DNA of 64,000 nucleotides, taken from assembly GCF_006345805.1 (NCBI RefSeq), contig NC_043005.1:65906001-65970000 (forward strand), written 5' to 3'. Below are positions 1 to 14,039 of the stretch, in pieces. The notes beneath the pieces are model-generated. The model ran no database searches. It worked only from the letters and a program-made list of their open reading frames with translations, and was not told the origin of the DNA. A program made the translations under genes and the position numbers. The DNA is from Octopus sinensis (lineage: Eukaryota). Each line of letters opens with the position of its first letter. Within the stretch, counting starts at the first letter, position 1.

Positions 1-559
1 AAGTGTGTGTGTCTCTGTGTCTGTGTTTGTTTCCACCATCATCATTTTACAACCGATGTTGGTGTTTTTATGTCCCCATAACTTAACAGATTAAGTCCTA
101 GGGTCAATTTCTTTTCTACTCGAGGCATAAGCCCTGAAATTTTGGGAGAGAGGGGCAGTCGATTAAATTGACCCTAGTACGCAACTGGTACTTAATTTAT
201 TGACCCCAAAAGGATGAAAGGCAAAGTTGACCTCGGCGGAATTTGAACTCAGAACGTAAAGACAGACAAAATACTGCTAAGCATTTCACCCGACATGCTA
301 TTGTTTCTGCCAGCTTGCCACCATAGTCCTGGGGTCAATTTTGTTGACTAAAACCCTTTAAAATGGTGCTCCAGCATAGCCGCAGTCAAATGATTAAAAC
401 AAGTAAAAGAATAAAAACACTGAACAGAAATGATGAGGCTAAAACTCTGCAAAATAAATATTATTATTGCAACAACCTACCTAGAAATGCTACCGCTAGC
501 GTGGTTATACATTATTATAGTACTTAGATGTAAACTAGATGGTCATTGGTTGTTAAATA

Positions 560-1970
560 TCTCTGTCAAGGATATAATGCGATGTAAATGGTAAAATAGG
601 ACTAGTTTAAGTGACTACCTAGTAGCATGCTTAACTGCTACCCTAATGCCTGTGTGTTTACTTTCTGCAAGCATCAGCCTGCAGAAAATACCTTTTAGAA
701 ATTTGGTAGTGGTAACAGAAGTATAAGAAGTATTTACTATATTACTGTAAATGAGAGTTTTTTTATGGAGTTAGTTCTTTGACAGCAATAACTTGTGTAG
801 GTTCTTCTAAATGTCTTCACCACTACCTCATTCTGGCTCACTGTCATCATTCTACTTTGTAATCAGATTACCTCATCAAGCTGATATCAAATATCTCAGC
901 AAAATCTGCAGATCAGGAAGCAGCCTTTATGAAACCAGCAGCCTGTTGGTAGCTTTTGCAAAATCATCGGGAATTCTTGCAATTTTTCAGACTAATATTC
1001 TAGAAGATTCAATGATGGAATGAGAAAGATTGTTAAATGGGCCATGTGAAATTTTATGGAGAATAAGATCTTTCTTATCAAATGAGATAGAAGTGAAAAC
1101 AGCAGGAAAGAGAGAGAGATTAAGAAAGATAAAGTCTGCAAGTTGTTTGTTCCAACCCAGCTATGAAAGAAGTACTTTAAAAAGGAAATTTGCCTGTTGC
1201 TAACAAGCTAATAACATTTAAAATTAGCAACATATAACCCTCGAATGTTAGCAACACCAGATAGTCATCTTTGATGACACTAACAATACCAGCTAGTAAT
1301 TTTCAAAGATGAGAATTATTAGCCAGGTTTTGAAGATTAGCTAGGCCAGCTAATCCAAACAGATTAGCAATACTAGTTAATCACCAACCAAAATTCACCA
1401 CATCAGCTAATAGTCTACAGAAGTAAACGACACAAACTGATTGCCTTTGAACAACACTAGTTAATCCCCCACAAAGATCAGTTACTCAGTTACTGATGTT
1501 AATCTGGTTGACAAAAATGAGTAACAGCTTCAGAATTACAATCAATTAAAATTAGAATTATAGTGTAGTGAGATGAAAGCATTAGCTCAATGACTAAGTT
1601 AAATAACAAAACCAGAGATGATAATAGGTTTAAAGGTGAGGAGAAGATAGAAAATATTTATAGTGAGTTTATCTTTAAAGGATACCTGTAAGGAAGGTAG
1701 TAACTGGTGCAGTTAGTTCAAACAGAAAAGTGAGGGTATTGGTAAAGCAGTAATGCAAAAACTAAGGATTTAAGGCTGGTGCTAATTTCAGAGAAAGGTA
1801 AACTGAGCTAGTCAAGTAACTACTGAAATTTGGGAGCCAAATAGCAAAATGTAGATGCTTGAGGAGTTCAGAATTAACCTTGCTATGAAATGAAATTTTT
1901 GATATCAATGAAACTCTGGATATGCCCCCAAGTTTCATTACAATCAAGATTAAATCTTTTAAATACATCA
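560..1970 (-). mobile_element. Degenerate Penelope-like element (RT C-terminal half and downstream)
   Basis: Minus strand gives LIYIDDVF (RT catalytic motif) near 1960, then decayed thumb-like and endonuclease-like segments with many stops. Confidence 0.55.
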
Positions 1971-1989
1971 ATATATATCAGTATAGATC

Positions 1990-2375
1990 CAGGCATGACT
2001 GCTAGCTTCCTAATCACATGGTTCCGGGTTCAGTCCCACTGCATGGTACCTTGGGCATAGTGTCTTCTACTATAGCCTCGGGCCAACCAAAACTTTGTAA
2101 GTGGATTTGGTAGATGGAAACTGAAAGATGCCCTTTATATGTGTGTGTCTTTGTGTCTGTATCCCCCCCACCACCACTGCTTGACAACTGATGTTGGTGT
2201 GTTTATATCCCCTCAACTTAGCAATTCAGCAAAAGAGACCGATAAAATAAGTAATAGGCTTACAAAGAATAAGTCCTGGGATCAATTTCTTTGACCATAC
2301 AATTATCCTTTAAGGCAGTGCTCCAGCACGGTCGCAGTGAAATGGCTGAAACAAATAAAAAAAATAGAAGAATAT
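1990..2375 (+). mobile_element. tRNA-headed SINE family A; other copies at about 1-105/325-415, 3370-4100, 22845-23255, 36420-36625, 43210-43435 (+) and 22170-22560, 43560-43790, 47085-47460, 49960-50365, 60130-60490 (-)
   Basis: Head tggctgtgtggtaag...gggttcagtccc (degenerate A/B boxes), central gcaccttgggcaagtgtc block, internal (TG)n, tail ggtgctccagcatggccgcagtcaaatgactgaaac(aagtaaaag)n. Confidence 0.9.
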
Positions 2376-2493
2376 GTTATTACTTCCTTACTCACTTTCT
2401 CCAATTTCCCATTCATTATTATCATCATAAGTTTATACATCAGCCTTTATCTCTCTTTTTTTGTTTTATTTTTTTCCCTTTCTACATTCCAAG

Positions 2494-2692
2494 GGCTCTG
2501 CTGTATCTGGTCCAAGGGGACTGGTTGTAGGGGACCCCATTACAAGCATCAGTGGTTGCCGTGTGACTAGCATTGATGACTGGTATACCTGTATTGCTGT
2601 AAGCATCAAAGAGGGCAATCTAGGCAACTGCATGGCTCTGAACGTTATCCAGGACCTTGATACAAGTATGGCTGGTGCTTTTATGAAGAAAA
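2494..2692 (+). CDS. MBTPS2: Internal exon of membrane-bound transcription factor site-2 protease (PDZ-like region)
   Basis: Pyrimidine tract + CCAAG acceptor (2493) and AA|GTAAGT donor (2693). Translates GSAVSGPRGLVVGDPITSISGCRVTSIDDWYTCIAVSIKEGNLGNCMALNVIQDLDTSMAGAFMKK, matching recalled S2P sequence [29 protein letters not shown]..C. Confidence 0.85.
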
Positions 2693-2944
2693 GTAAGTGT
2701 TCGTTTGCTTTATAATTGATGTTGGTGATTTTTGCAAATTGGTCTAATTACATGGACAATCTCAGTAAATTGAATTGTTTCATCTCGTTATATTACTCTG
2801 CCATATTTGTATTCCTGATTTATAACTATTCACTTTAATTTCCTATTGTTGTGATTGCCTGTCTATTTTTGCTAATTATTTTATTTTGTTTATAATAGTA
2901 ATCTGATTCACTTATATTCTCTTTTTTAAAATTTTTATCATCAT

Positions 2945-3362
2945 TTTATCGTCAGACAGTTTGCCAGAGCAGCTGTCTGACTTCCATGCCAGTGGGCACG
3001 TAAAAAGCACCATTTGAGCATGATTGTTACCAGCGTCGCCTTACTGGCACGTGAACAAAACATTCAAGCAAGGTCATTGCCAGTGCCACTGGACTAACTC
3101 CTGTGCAGGTGGCACGTAAAAAACACCATTTCAAGTGTGGCTGTTGCCAGTACTGCCAGACTGGTCCTTGTGCTGGTGGCACGTAAAAGCACTCACTACA
3201 TTCTTGGAGTGGTTGGCGTTAGGAAGGGCATCCAGCAGTAGAAACTCTGCCAGATCAGATTAGAGCCTGGCACAGTCACCTGGTTCGCCAGTCCTCAGTC
3301 AAACCATCCAACCCATGCTAGCATGGAAAGCGGATGTTAAATGATGATGATGATGATGATGA
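2945..3362 (+). mobile_element. Isolated 3' UTR/tail of the RTE family; further copies at about 4680-4960, 16169-16450, 19028-19160 (+) and 28225-28325, 32640-32960, 52345-52560 (-)
   Basis: Shared ggagtggttggcgttaggaagggcatccagctgtagaaac...ccaacccatgctagcatggaaagcggacgttaaa(gat)n. Confidence 0.85.
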
Positions 3363-4964
3363 TTTAGGCACAGGAGTGGCTGTGTTGTAAGTAGCTTGCT
3401 TACCAACTACATGGTTCTGAGTTCAGTCCCACTGTGTGGCACCTCAGGCATTCTACTATAGCCTCGGGCAAACCAAAGCCTTGTGAGTGGATTTGGTAGA
3501 CAAAAATTGGAACTCCTCTCCCTATGTATATAGGGAGTGGCTGTGTGGTAAGTAGCTTGCTAACCAACCACGTGGTTGCGGGTTCAGTCCCACTGCGTGG
3601 CATCTTGGGCAAGTGTCTTCTGCTATAGCCCCGGGCCGACCAATGCCTTGTGAGTGGATTTGGTAGACGGAAACTGAAAGAAGCCTGTCGTATATATGTA
3701 TATATATATGTGTGTGTGTGTCTGTGTTTGTCCCCCTAGCATTGCTTGACAACCGATGCTGGTGTGTTTACGTCCCCGTCACTTAGCGGTTCGGCAAAAA
3801 AGAGACCGATAGAATAAGTACTAAAAGGCGGTGCTCCAGCATGGCCGCAGTCAAAATGACTGAAACAAGTAAAAGAGTAAAAGAGTAAGAGTATATGTTT
3901 GTGCCTCTGTGTTTGTCCCCCACCATCGCTTGACAACCAATGTTGGTGTGTTTATGTCCCTGTAACTTAGCAGTTCGGCAAAAGGGACTGATAGCATAAG
4001 TACTAGGCTTACAAAGACTAAGTCCTGGGGTTGATTTGTTTGACTAAAGATGGTGCTCCAGCATGACCACATTTAAATGACTGAAACAAATAAAAGAATA
4101 AATCTCTCTCTTCCTTCCTCTACAATCCCATCTATTGTCTGATCCTTGTTACTTGTGTGTATACCCTGGCACTTCACCACCATCTCTCTCTCCCGCTCTG
4201 TCTTGCACTTTTGCTGTTTCTCACTCTCTTTTTCTTTCTTTTATTCTTCTTTGTGGCTGGGTAGCCATATCTCTCCTCTACAACAGCACACTTGTTTCTG
4301 CACTCATTCTCAATCACTCTCTCTCCCCCTCCTTCACTTGCCTTTTCCTCTGGCTAGGTAACTGAGTATCTCCTTTACATTAGCACACCTGTTTCTGTCC
4401 TCTTTCTCTTTCCCCACCTCTCTTTCTCCTCCCTCTTTCTTTTCGTCGCCTTCTCCCTCTCTCTTCCTCACCTCTTATCTCTCCCTCTCCACCTCTACCT
4501 CCCTCCCTGTCTTTCTCTATCTCTTTGGCCTGGTAACCATGTACCTCCTGTATAGCAAGACACCCGTTTCTGCCTCTCTGTTTCTCTGTCACACTCTAAC
4601 CGTTCATCATCTAACACAAGATCCTCTCCTCCAATGCCCACCCCTCTCAAAATTCCTTATTTTGCAAGTTACTTGGTGACCCTGCCAGTGCTGGTGCCAT
4701 GTAAAAGACATCCAGTCCACATTGTAAAATAGTTGGCATTTGGAAGAGCATCCAGCTTTAAAAATCATACCAAAACTGACCCCGTCTGTGCTGGTGTTAT
4801 GTAAAATGTACTAAGTCCACTTTGCAGAGTGGTTGGTGTTACGAAGGGCAACCAGCCATAAAACCCCTGCCAAAACAGACACATTAGCCTGGGGTAGTCT
4901 TCTACCTGGCCGACTCTGGTCAACCATCCTACCCATGCATGCATGGAAGATGGACATTTAAGGC

Positions 4965-5195
4965 GGCGAGCTGGCAGAATCATTAGCACAACGGGCGAAA
5001 TGCTTAGCGGTATTTCGTCTGCCGCTACGTTCTAAGTTCAAATTCCGCCGAGGTTGACTTTGCCTTTCATCTTTTCGGGGTCGATAAATTAAGTACCAGT
5101 TATGCACTGGGATCAATGTAATCGACTTAATCCGTTTGTCTGTCCTTGTTTGACCCCTCTGTGTTTAGCCCCATGTGGGTAGTAAAGAAATAGGA
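4965..5195 (+). mobile_element. tRNA-headed SINE with Meta-like central domain; copies at about 23262-23470, 42378-42545, 42757-42975 (+) and 120-322, 47207-47430, 51815-52015 (-)
   Basis: ggcgagctggcagaa head, gttcaaattcc B box, gcctttcatcc(t)ttcggggtcgataaattaagtaccag resembling the recalled MetaSINE domain. Confidence 0.82.
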
Positions 5196-5477
5196 AGATG
5201 GACATTAAATGATGATGATATGGTTGTTATAAAATGTTTACTTCATCAGGTCTTAAGTATTTCTGTATATGTTTTTGTAGCTCTTGGATTTATGTCGTTA
5301 AGATGTTTTTGTTAGTTTTTCTACTTCACTTTATTTCAGTCACTAATATCTTCCCCAAAATCACTTTGATTCCCACATTATTTTTGCTGCTTTATATATC
5401 GGGCTGATCGAAAATAACAGCAGCTTTCACTATCAATTTTAAAACAAATAGGCTTGGCTTATTAAAAAGAAACTGAT

Positions 5478-5556
5478 CTCTTTTCTTTCCTTCCTTCCTT
5501 CCTTCCTGCCTGCCTGCCTTCCTTACTTTCTTTCTTTCTCTCTTTCTTTCTTGCTG

Positions 5557-5587
<31 letters not shown>

Positions 5588-5901
5588 TTCTCTCTTTCAT
5601 TTTTCTTCCTTCCTCCCTCCCTCCCTCCCTTCCTTCCTTCCTGCCTACCTTCCTTTCTTTCTTGCTTTATTTCTTTCTTTCTCTCTCTCTCTCTTTTCAT
5701 TCTTCTTTCTTTCCCTTTTTTCTTTCTTTCTCTCTCTCTCTTTTCATTCTTCTTTCTTTCTTTCTTTCTTTCTCTCTCTCTTTCATTTTTCTTTCTTTCT
5801 CTCTTTCTTTCTTTCTCTCTCCCTCTTTCTTTCTTCCTTCCTTTCTTCCTTCCTTTCTTTCTTCCTCCCTCCCTCCTGCCTGCCTTCCTTCCTCCCTTTT
5901 T

Positions 5902-5933
<32 letters not shown>

Positions 5934-5935
5934 TC
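5478..5935. repeat. Polypyrimidine microsatellite (CT/CTTT/CCTT mosaic)
   Basis: Almost pure C/T on the + strand, running into the gap. Confidence 0.97.
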
Positions 5936-6035
5936 NNNNNNNNNNNNNNNNNNNNNNNNNNNNNNNNNNNNNNNNNNNNNNNNNNNNNNNNNNNNNNNNN
6001 NNNNNNNNNNNNNNNNNNNNNNNNNNNNNNNNNNN
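5936..6035. other. Assembly gap (100 N)
   Basis: Exactly 100 N, the usual placeholder for a scaffold join of unknown size. Confidence 0.99.
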
Positions 6036-6036
6036 T

Positions 6037-6747
6037 AAAAAAACCTTATTCTAAAAATCAATAAAGTACAGTAAATAGTAAATCATAGTAAAAAGACTAC
6101 ATGAGTAATAATAATAATAATAAAATCACTTCGATTTAAAATTAAATCGATCTAAACTTAATTCTGTTTAAAAATATAGTCACTCATCAGTTCTAAAATA
6201 ATAATAATAATAATAATAATAAAATATATGTACTTATCTCAACTTATACGAATTATCAAATAAATACAGAAAAATGCATGTATTAACTATAGATAATCGA
6301 AAAACTTTAGAAAAATAGGTGTATTAATAACTAAAAATAATCGAAAAACATTTAACAATATTTCTTAAAATAAAAACAACTTATCTTATCAAATGATTTA
6401 TGTTAAAATCCTCCGATAAGATAAATTATGCATTTATTTTTAGAAATATTGTTAAATGTTTTTCGATTATTTATAGTTAATACACGTATTTTTCTATATT
6501 TATTTGATAATTAGTATAAGTTAAGATAAATACATTTACTCTATTCTTATTATTTTATTATTATTATTTTAGACCTGATGAGTGACTATATTTTTAAATA
6601 GAATTAATTTTAGATCAATTTAATTTTAAAATGAATTGATTTTATTATTATTATCAATTTGAAAATATAGCCACGAAATCGCATTAGTCTTTTTACTGCT
6701 ATTTACTATTGTTTTTGTACTTTATTGATTTTTAAATTAAGGTTTTT
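6037..6747. repeat. Long imperfect AT-rich inverted repeat (foldback-like)
   Basis: Left arm aaccttattctaaaaatcaataaagtaca...gtcactcatcag...atcttatc is mirrored by right arm gataagat...ctgatgagtgac...tgtactttattgatttttaaattaaggtt; loop of about 25 bp near 6390-6413. Confidence 0.85.
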
Positions 6748-6943
6748 ATAGTATATATTTTCTATATGGTGTAAATAACATCTTTCATTATTGAATTGTT
6801 ATATAGAGTTGCATCAGCATGGCTGCAGTTCTTAGCAGAGAAAAATATATGTATATGTATATATATGTATATATTTTTATATGTATGTATATATGTATGT
6901 ATATATATGTATATATTTTTATATGTATGTATATATGTATGTA

Positions 6944-6986
<43 letters not shown>

Positions 6987-7580
6987 GTATGTAGATATAT
7001 ATGTATGTATTATATATGTATGTATGTATATATATATGTATGTATATATAGTATGTATGTATGTATATATATATATATGTATGTATATAATATATGTATG
7101 TATATATATATATTATGTATGTATATATATACATATATACATATTATATATTACATATGGTATATGTATACATATATATATATACATATGTATATATGTA
7201 TATATATATATATATAATATGTATCTATATATGTGTGTGTGTATATGTATATATGTATTTATATGTATATATGTATTTATATGTATATAGTCCAACCCAT
7301 GCTAGCATGGAAAGCGGACGCTAAACGATGATGACGATGATGTATATATATATATGTGTATGTATATATATGTGTATGTATGTATATATCTATATATATG
7401 TGTGTGTGTGTGTATAGTGGTGTACGTACACTATGGTCTCTTTTATATATATATATAATATATATGTATGTATGTATATATATGTATGTATGTATGTATG
7501 TATATATATATGTATGTATATATATATATATTGTATGTATGTATGTATGTATATATGTATGTATGTATATATGTATGTAT

Positions 7581-9117
7581 GCAGCTGGCAAACTTCCAAG
7601 AAAACTGAAGGGAGGTAAAATATGCCCTATTCATAAAGGAGGAGGTAGCAGAGCGGAGGCCAAGAACTACAGACCTATCTCTCTGACCTCACACATCAGC
7701 AAGGTCATGGATGAATAGTCAGAAGGAAACTGATCACCTTCCTGAAGAAAATGATTGCTGCCTGACACCCAACATGGTTTCCTACCAGGAAGAAGCTGCT
7801 TAACTCAGCTCTACAACACTATGATGGGTGCTGAAACGACTGCTCAACCACTCAAATGTGGGGAAGTGATATATCTCGACTTGCAAAGGCCTTTGATAAA
7901 GTCGATCATGGAATGATATGTCAAAACTGCGTGATCTTAGCATAGTTGGAAAACTGGGAGAATGGCTTCATGACTTTCTGAAAGATAGAAGTCAGGTGGT
8001 AGTAGCCATGGGGCCACTTCCATTAACACGCAAATAGTGAGCGGTGTTCCGCAGGGCACTGTTGGGACCACTACTGTTCATAATGGCCCTCTCAGACATG
8101 CCCCCAGCCACGCAGAGAGCCACGATCACAAGTTATGCAGATGATACAAAAGTTTCACAGGCCAATACAGAACCTGAGGACACTAAACGCCTGCAATGTG
8201 AGCTGGACAAAATATACAAGTGGGCTGAAAAGAATAGCATGCAGTTCAATGCTGAGAAGTTTCAAGTTTTTATACTATTCAGCATGCAAAACTAAATGCA
8301 ATACCCAATGAATACACTGGACCGGAGGAATTGCAATCCCAGAGGCACAATCAGTGCGTGATGGTATTTACATGAGTGATGCGCAACCCTTCGTGTACAT
8401 GTTGCTAAATGCAATGAAATGTAGACAACTGGCCGGATGGATTCTCAGAACCTTTAGAACAAGAGAACAAGAAACCATGATGGTCCTCTGGAGGACACTT
8501 GTCCTAAGCCACTTTGACTATTGCTCTCAGCTATGGTCACCATCCAGTGTCAAGTTGATCACAGAACTTGAGGCGATCCAACGTAGCTACACGAGAAGAT
8601 AGCCTCTGTGCAGAATATAAGCTACTGGGGAAAGACTCAAGAGATTAAAACTCTATTCCTTGGGGTAGGCGAGAAAAGATAGCCATAATATACATCTGGA
8701 AGATCCTGGAGGGACTTGTCCCAAACTTTGGCATCACGAGTTACACAAATGCCAGAACTGGGCGCCACTGCGTGGTGCCTAAGACTCCAAGTTTGCCATC
8801 AAGATGTAGGACAAGATACTGTGATAGCCTGGGCTTCCAAGGCCCACAGCTCTTCAAAATCCTCCCAAAGAACCTAAGAGACCTGCATGGGGTGGATGCA
8901 GATGTCTTTAAAATGAAACTGGATCTCTTCTTGTCAGGTATCCCAGATGAACCAACTTCACGGCAGGAGGTACAGATGAGGGCAGCTGCATCGAACTCTC
9001 TCATGCATCAAATGGCAGTTGCTAAAAAGCATTCGTGAAGTAAAACCATGTAGCAACACCAAATGGCGGTGCCCCAGCATGGCCACAGCTCGTGGGCTGA
9101 AACTAGAATCAAATCAA
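7581..9117 (+). mobile_element. 5'-truncated CR1/L2-group LINE, RT domain to 3' tail
   Basis: KNYRPISLTSHISKV, QHGF..GRSCLTQL, YLD.AKAFDKVDH, SGVPQG..GPLLF, YADDTKV; many 1-bp frameshifts; tail ends in a hairpin + gaaac + (aatca)n. Confidence 0.93.
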
Positions 9118-9131
9118 TATATATATGTATG

Positions 9132-9162
<31 letters not shown>

Positions 9163-9644
9163 ATGTATATATATGATGTATATGTATATATATGATGTAT
9201 GTATATATATATGTATGTATATATGTATATATATATGTATGTATATATGTATATATATATGTATGTATATATGTATATATATATGTATGTATATATGTAT
9301 GTATATATGTATATATATATGTATGTATATAGTATATATATATGTATGTATGTATATATATATGATGGTATATATGTATATATGTATGTATTATGTATAT
9401 ATATTATGTATGTATGTATATATATATGTATGTGTATATATGTATATATGTATGTATGTATATATATATGTATGTGTATATATGTATAATGTATGTATTA
9501 TATATGTATATATATATGTATGTATATATAGTATATATATATGTATGTGTATATATGATAATGTATGTATATATATGTATATATATATGTATATATGTAT
9601 GTATTATATGTATATATATATGTATATATGTATGTATATATATA

Positions 9645-9675
<31 letters not shown>

Positions 9676-9749
9676 GTATGTATGTATATATATATATGTA
9701 TGTATATATGTAGTATATAATATATATGTAGTATGTATATGTATGTATG

Positions 9750-9780
<31 letters not shown>

Positions 9781-9789
9781 ATATATATG

Positions 9790-9822
<33 letters not shown>

Positions 9823-9855
9823 GTATATATATATGTATATATATATGTATATATA

Positions 9856-10850
9856 CTTTGATACTTTGATACTTTGATAGGTTTCGGCCATTATTGGCCC
9901 AGGCCATGTCTAACTTAATAGCACCACCTGGTGAAGTCTTTCAAGTCAGAGTTTGGGCACTATGGCCCACTCAAGTAGAGAGTTATTGTTTACAGAGACA
10001 TATCCGGGATTTCTTGAAGGAATCTGTCCAAAGACTTCTTGAACCCTATAGGGTCAGTTCTGTTTTAATGTGTTTTGGTGTAATGTTAAAGAGAGCGGGG
10101 CCAATTGAGGTGAAAAATTGTGCCGTATTGTTGTTATGAGATGAGAGTGCGATTTTTGTTTGGGCGGATGGCACGGGCCCAAGCCTTGGATGTACCTTAA
10201 AGGTGATGCCAACATCATTGGGCAATGCTGATGGAATATTTTTCCACATCATGCAGATGATGTAGCGCTCACGACGACGTTGGAGAGAAATAGAGTTTTA
10301 GCTTTTCTAGTCAACCCCAATAGTCGAGGCCTGTCATGCCATCTATCTTTTTTGTGATTGCCCTTTGAGGTGCTTCAACTTTTATGATACCTTGTATGTG
10401 TGGGGAGACCACAGTGGACGACAGTATTCAAGGTGGGGTCGGGCAAAAGTGGAGAAGAGAAGGATAATGGTGTGGATATCTCTCGACTGGAAAGTTCTGA
10501 GAATCCAGGAAAACATTCTGCGGGCCATGTTAACTTTGGTGTTTATATGAGTGGCCCAGCTTATGTTGTTGTCCACATTACTCCCAAGTCTCTGATGTTG
10601 TTGGACGCCGCGAGAGAGTTTCACCTGAAAGGAAGGGAGTATGGGAGTTTCAGGGCATCCTCTTTTCCAAAGTGGATTAGCTCAAATTTATCCTCGTTCA
10701 GCAGCATATTGTTTTTTTGCCCATTGGATAACAGCCAGTAGATCTGACTGAAGGCATGTCCGGTCACTCGCCTCATTTATGACCTTCTGTAGCTTGGAGT
10801 CATCTGCAAAGATTTTATGTTGCTGTGCTTGATGATGTCATTAATGTAAA
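9856..10850 (-). mobile_element. 5'-truncated CR1/L2-group LINE (second family)
   Basis: LYINDII...[38 protein letters not shown] motifs; 3' tail ends in (ATCAAAGT)n at 9856-9880. Confidence 0.9.
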
Positions 10851-10915
10851 GGATATATGTATATATATATGTATATATATATGTATATATATATGTAGTA
10901 TATATATGATGTATG

Positions 10916-10953
<38 letters not shown>

Positions 10954-11170
10954 GTATGTATGTATTATAATGTATGTATATATATGTATGATGTATATAT
11001 ATATGTATGTATATATATATATGTATGTATGTATATGTATGTATGTATGTATATGAATGTATGTATATATATGTATGTTATATATGTATGTATGTATATA
11101 TATGTATATATATATATGTATGTATATATATATTATATATAGTATGTATGTTATATATATGTATTGTATG

Positions 11171-11201
<31 letters not shown>

Positions 11202-11323
11202 GTTGTATATGTATGTATGTATGTATATGTATGTATGTATGTATATGTATGTATGTATATATATATGTATGTATTTATGTATGTATGTATATATGTATAT
11301 ATATATATATATATGTATCTATG

Positions 11324-11356
<33 letters not shown>

Positions 11357-12304
11357 GTATATATATATATGTATGCATGTGTATATATATATATATATAT
11401 GTATGTATATATATTTGTGTGTATGTATATATATATGTATGTATGTATATATATATGTATGCATGTATATATATATATGTATGTATATATATTTGTACAT
11501 ATGTATATATATATATATATCTATGCATGTATATATATATCTATGCATGTATATATATATGTATGTATGCATGTATATATATATGTATGTATGCATGTAT
11601 ATATATATATATATGTATGTATATATATTTGTACGTATGTATATATATATATATATATCTATGCATGTATATATATATCTATGCATGTATATATATATGT
11701 ATGTATGTATGTATATATATATGTATGTATGTATATATATGTATGTATGTATATATATATATGTATGTATGTATATATATATGTATGTATGTATGTATAT
11801 ATATATGTATGTATGTATATATATGTATGTATGTATATATATATATGTATGTATGTATATATATATGTATGTATATATATATATGTATGTATGTATATAT
11901 ATATATATGTATGCATGTGTATATAGTTATATGTGTGTATATATATGATATATCTATGTATGTATATATATATGTATGCATGTGTATATAGATATATGTT
12001 TGTGTATATATATATGTATGTAGTATATATATATATATGTATATATGTATGTAGTATATATATATATATGTATATATGTATGTATATATATTATATATAT
12101 GTATGTATATATAATATAATATATATGTATGTATATATATATATGTATGTATATATTATGTATCATATATATATGTATGTATATATGTATGTATGTATGT
12201 ATATATATAATATATATGTATGTATATATGTATGTATATATATATGTATGTATATATATATATATATATATGTATGTATATATGTATGTATATATATATT
12301 TATG

Positions 12305-12337
<33 letters not shown>

Positions 12338-13414
12338 TATAGAGTATGTATATTATATGTATTAGTATGTATATATATAGGTATGTATATATATATATAT
12401 ATGTATGATATATATATATTATGTATGTATATATATATATATGTATGTATATATATATATATATGTATGTTATATCTATATATGTATTATATATTATATA
12501 TGTATGTATATATTATAATGATGTATATATAGATATATGTATGTATATATATAATATATATGTATGTATATATATATATGTATGTATGTATATAGATATA
12601 TATGTATGTATATATATTATAGTATGTATATATATTCTGCGTATGTATTGATGATAAATATATATAGATATATATGTATGTAGTATATATATGCGTATGT
12701 ATGTATGTATGTATATATATATGTATGTATATATGTATATATATTTTATGTACGTATATATATGATGTATGTATGAATATATATGTATGTATATATGTAT
12801 ATATATGTATGTACGTATATATATGTATGTATTATATATATATATATATGTATGTAGTATATATATATATATAGTACGTATATTATATATATATATATGT
12901 ATGTACGTATATATTATATATATATATGTATGTACGTATATTATTATATATATATGTATGTATACGTATATAATATATATATATATAGATGTATGTATAT
13001 GTATGTACATAGATATAATATTGTATGTATTACGTCTATATATAATGTATGTACGTTATATATAAATGTATGCTAGTATAGCTTATATATAATGTATGTA
13101 TGTATATATATATGGTATGATGTATGATATATATATGTATGTATGTATGTATATATATATGTATGTTTTATATATTATATATATATGTATGTATGTATTA
13201 TATAATATATTGTATGTATATATATATATGTATGTATGTATATATATGTATGTATGTTATATATGTATGTATGTATGTATGTAGATATATATGTATGTAT
13301 GTATGTATATATTATATGTATGTATGTGTATTATATAGTATGTATGTATAATGTATGTATGTATGTATGTATATATGTATGTATGTATGATGTATATATA
13401 TATATATGTATGTA

Positions 13415-13663
13415 TGTTATGTTTTCCATAGGACCATCAGTGTCTCCTTCTCTTTGTTCTGAAAGTTGGAAATCCATCCAGCTAGCCGTCTGCATTTATC
13501 ACCAGATTAGCAATATGCATTTGGAAAGATGCATCATTTGCTCATGTCAATGCCCAGGTCACGCACTGATTTTGACTCAGGGATTGCAATCTTCCTGGGC
13601 GTGTGTATCCAGTCTTCACGTATTTACCTTTGTGTGCCAGTAGCGCAGGGCCTGGAACTTACC
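13415..13663 (-). mobile_element. Short fragment of the 7.6-9.1 kb LINE family
   Basis: Reverse complement aligns to 8255-8495 (IPESKSVRDLGI.MS). Confidence 0.8.
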
Positions 13664-14004
13664 TATATATAGTATGTATGTATATATTATATGTATGATA
13701 TATATATATATATGTATGAATATATATATATGTAGTATTATATTTGTATGTATGTATATATGTATGTATATATATAGGTATGTATATATATAGGTATGTA
13801 TATAGATATTATGTATATATAGATGTATGTATGTATATATATATATATGTATGTATATATATATATGTATGCATGTGTATATATATATGTGTGTATATAT
13901 ATATATGTATGTATATATATATATGTATATGCATGTGTATATATATATATGTGTGTGTATATATATATGTATGTATGGTATATTATATAATGTATATATG
14001 TATG

Positions 14005-14039
<35 letters not shown>

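Noticed and set aside
5392-6061. R/K/E-rich and S/F/L-rich ORFs
   Set aside because: Translations of the CT/GA tract, partly across the N gap.
6570-6600. CTGATGAG as a hammerhead core
   Set aside because: No stem II or GAAAC follows; it is part of the palindrome arm.
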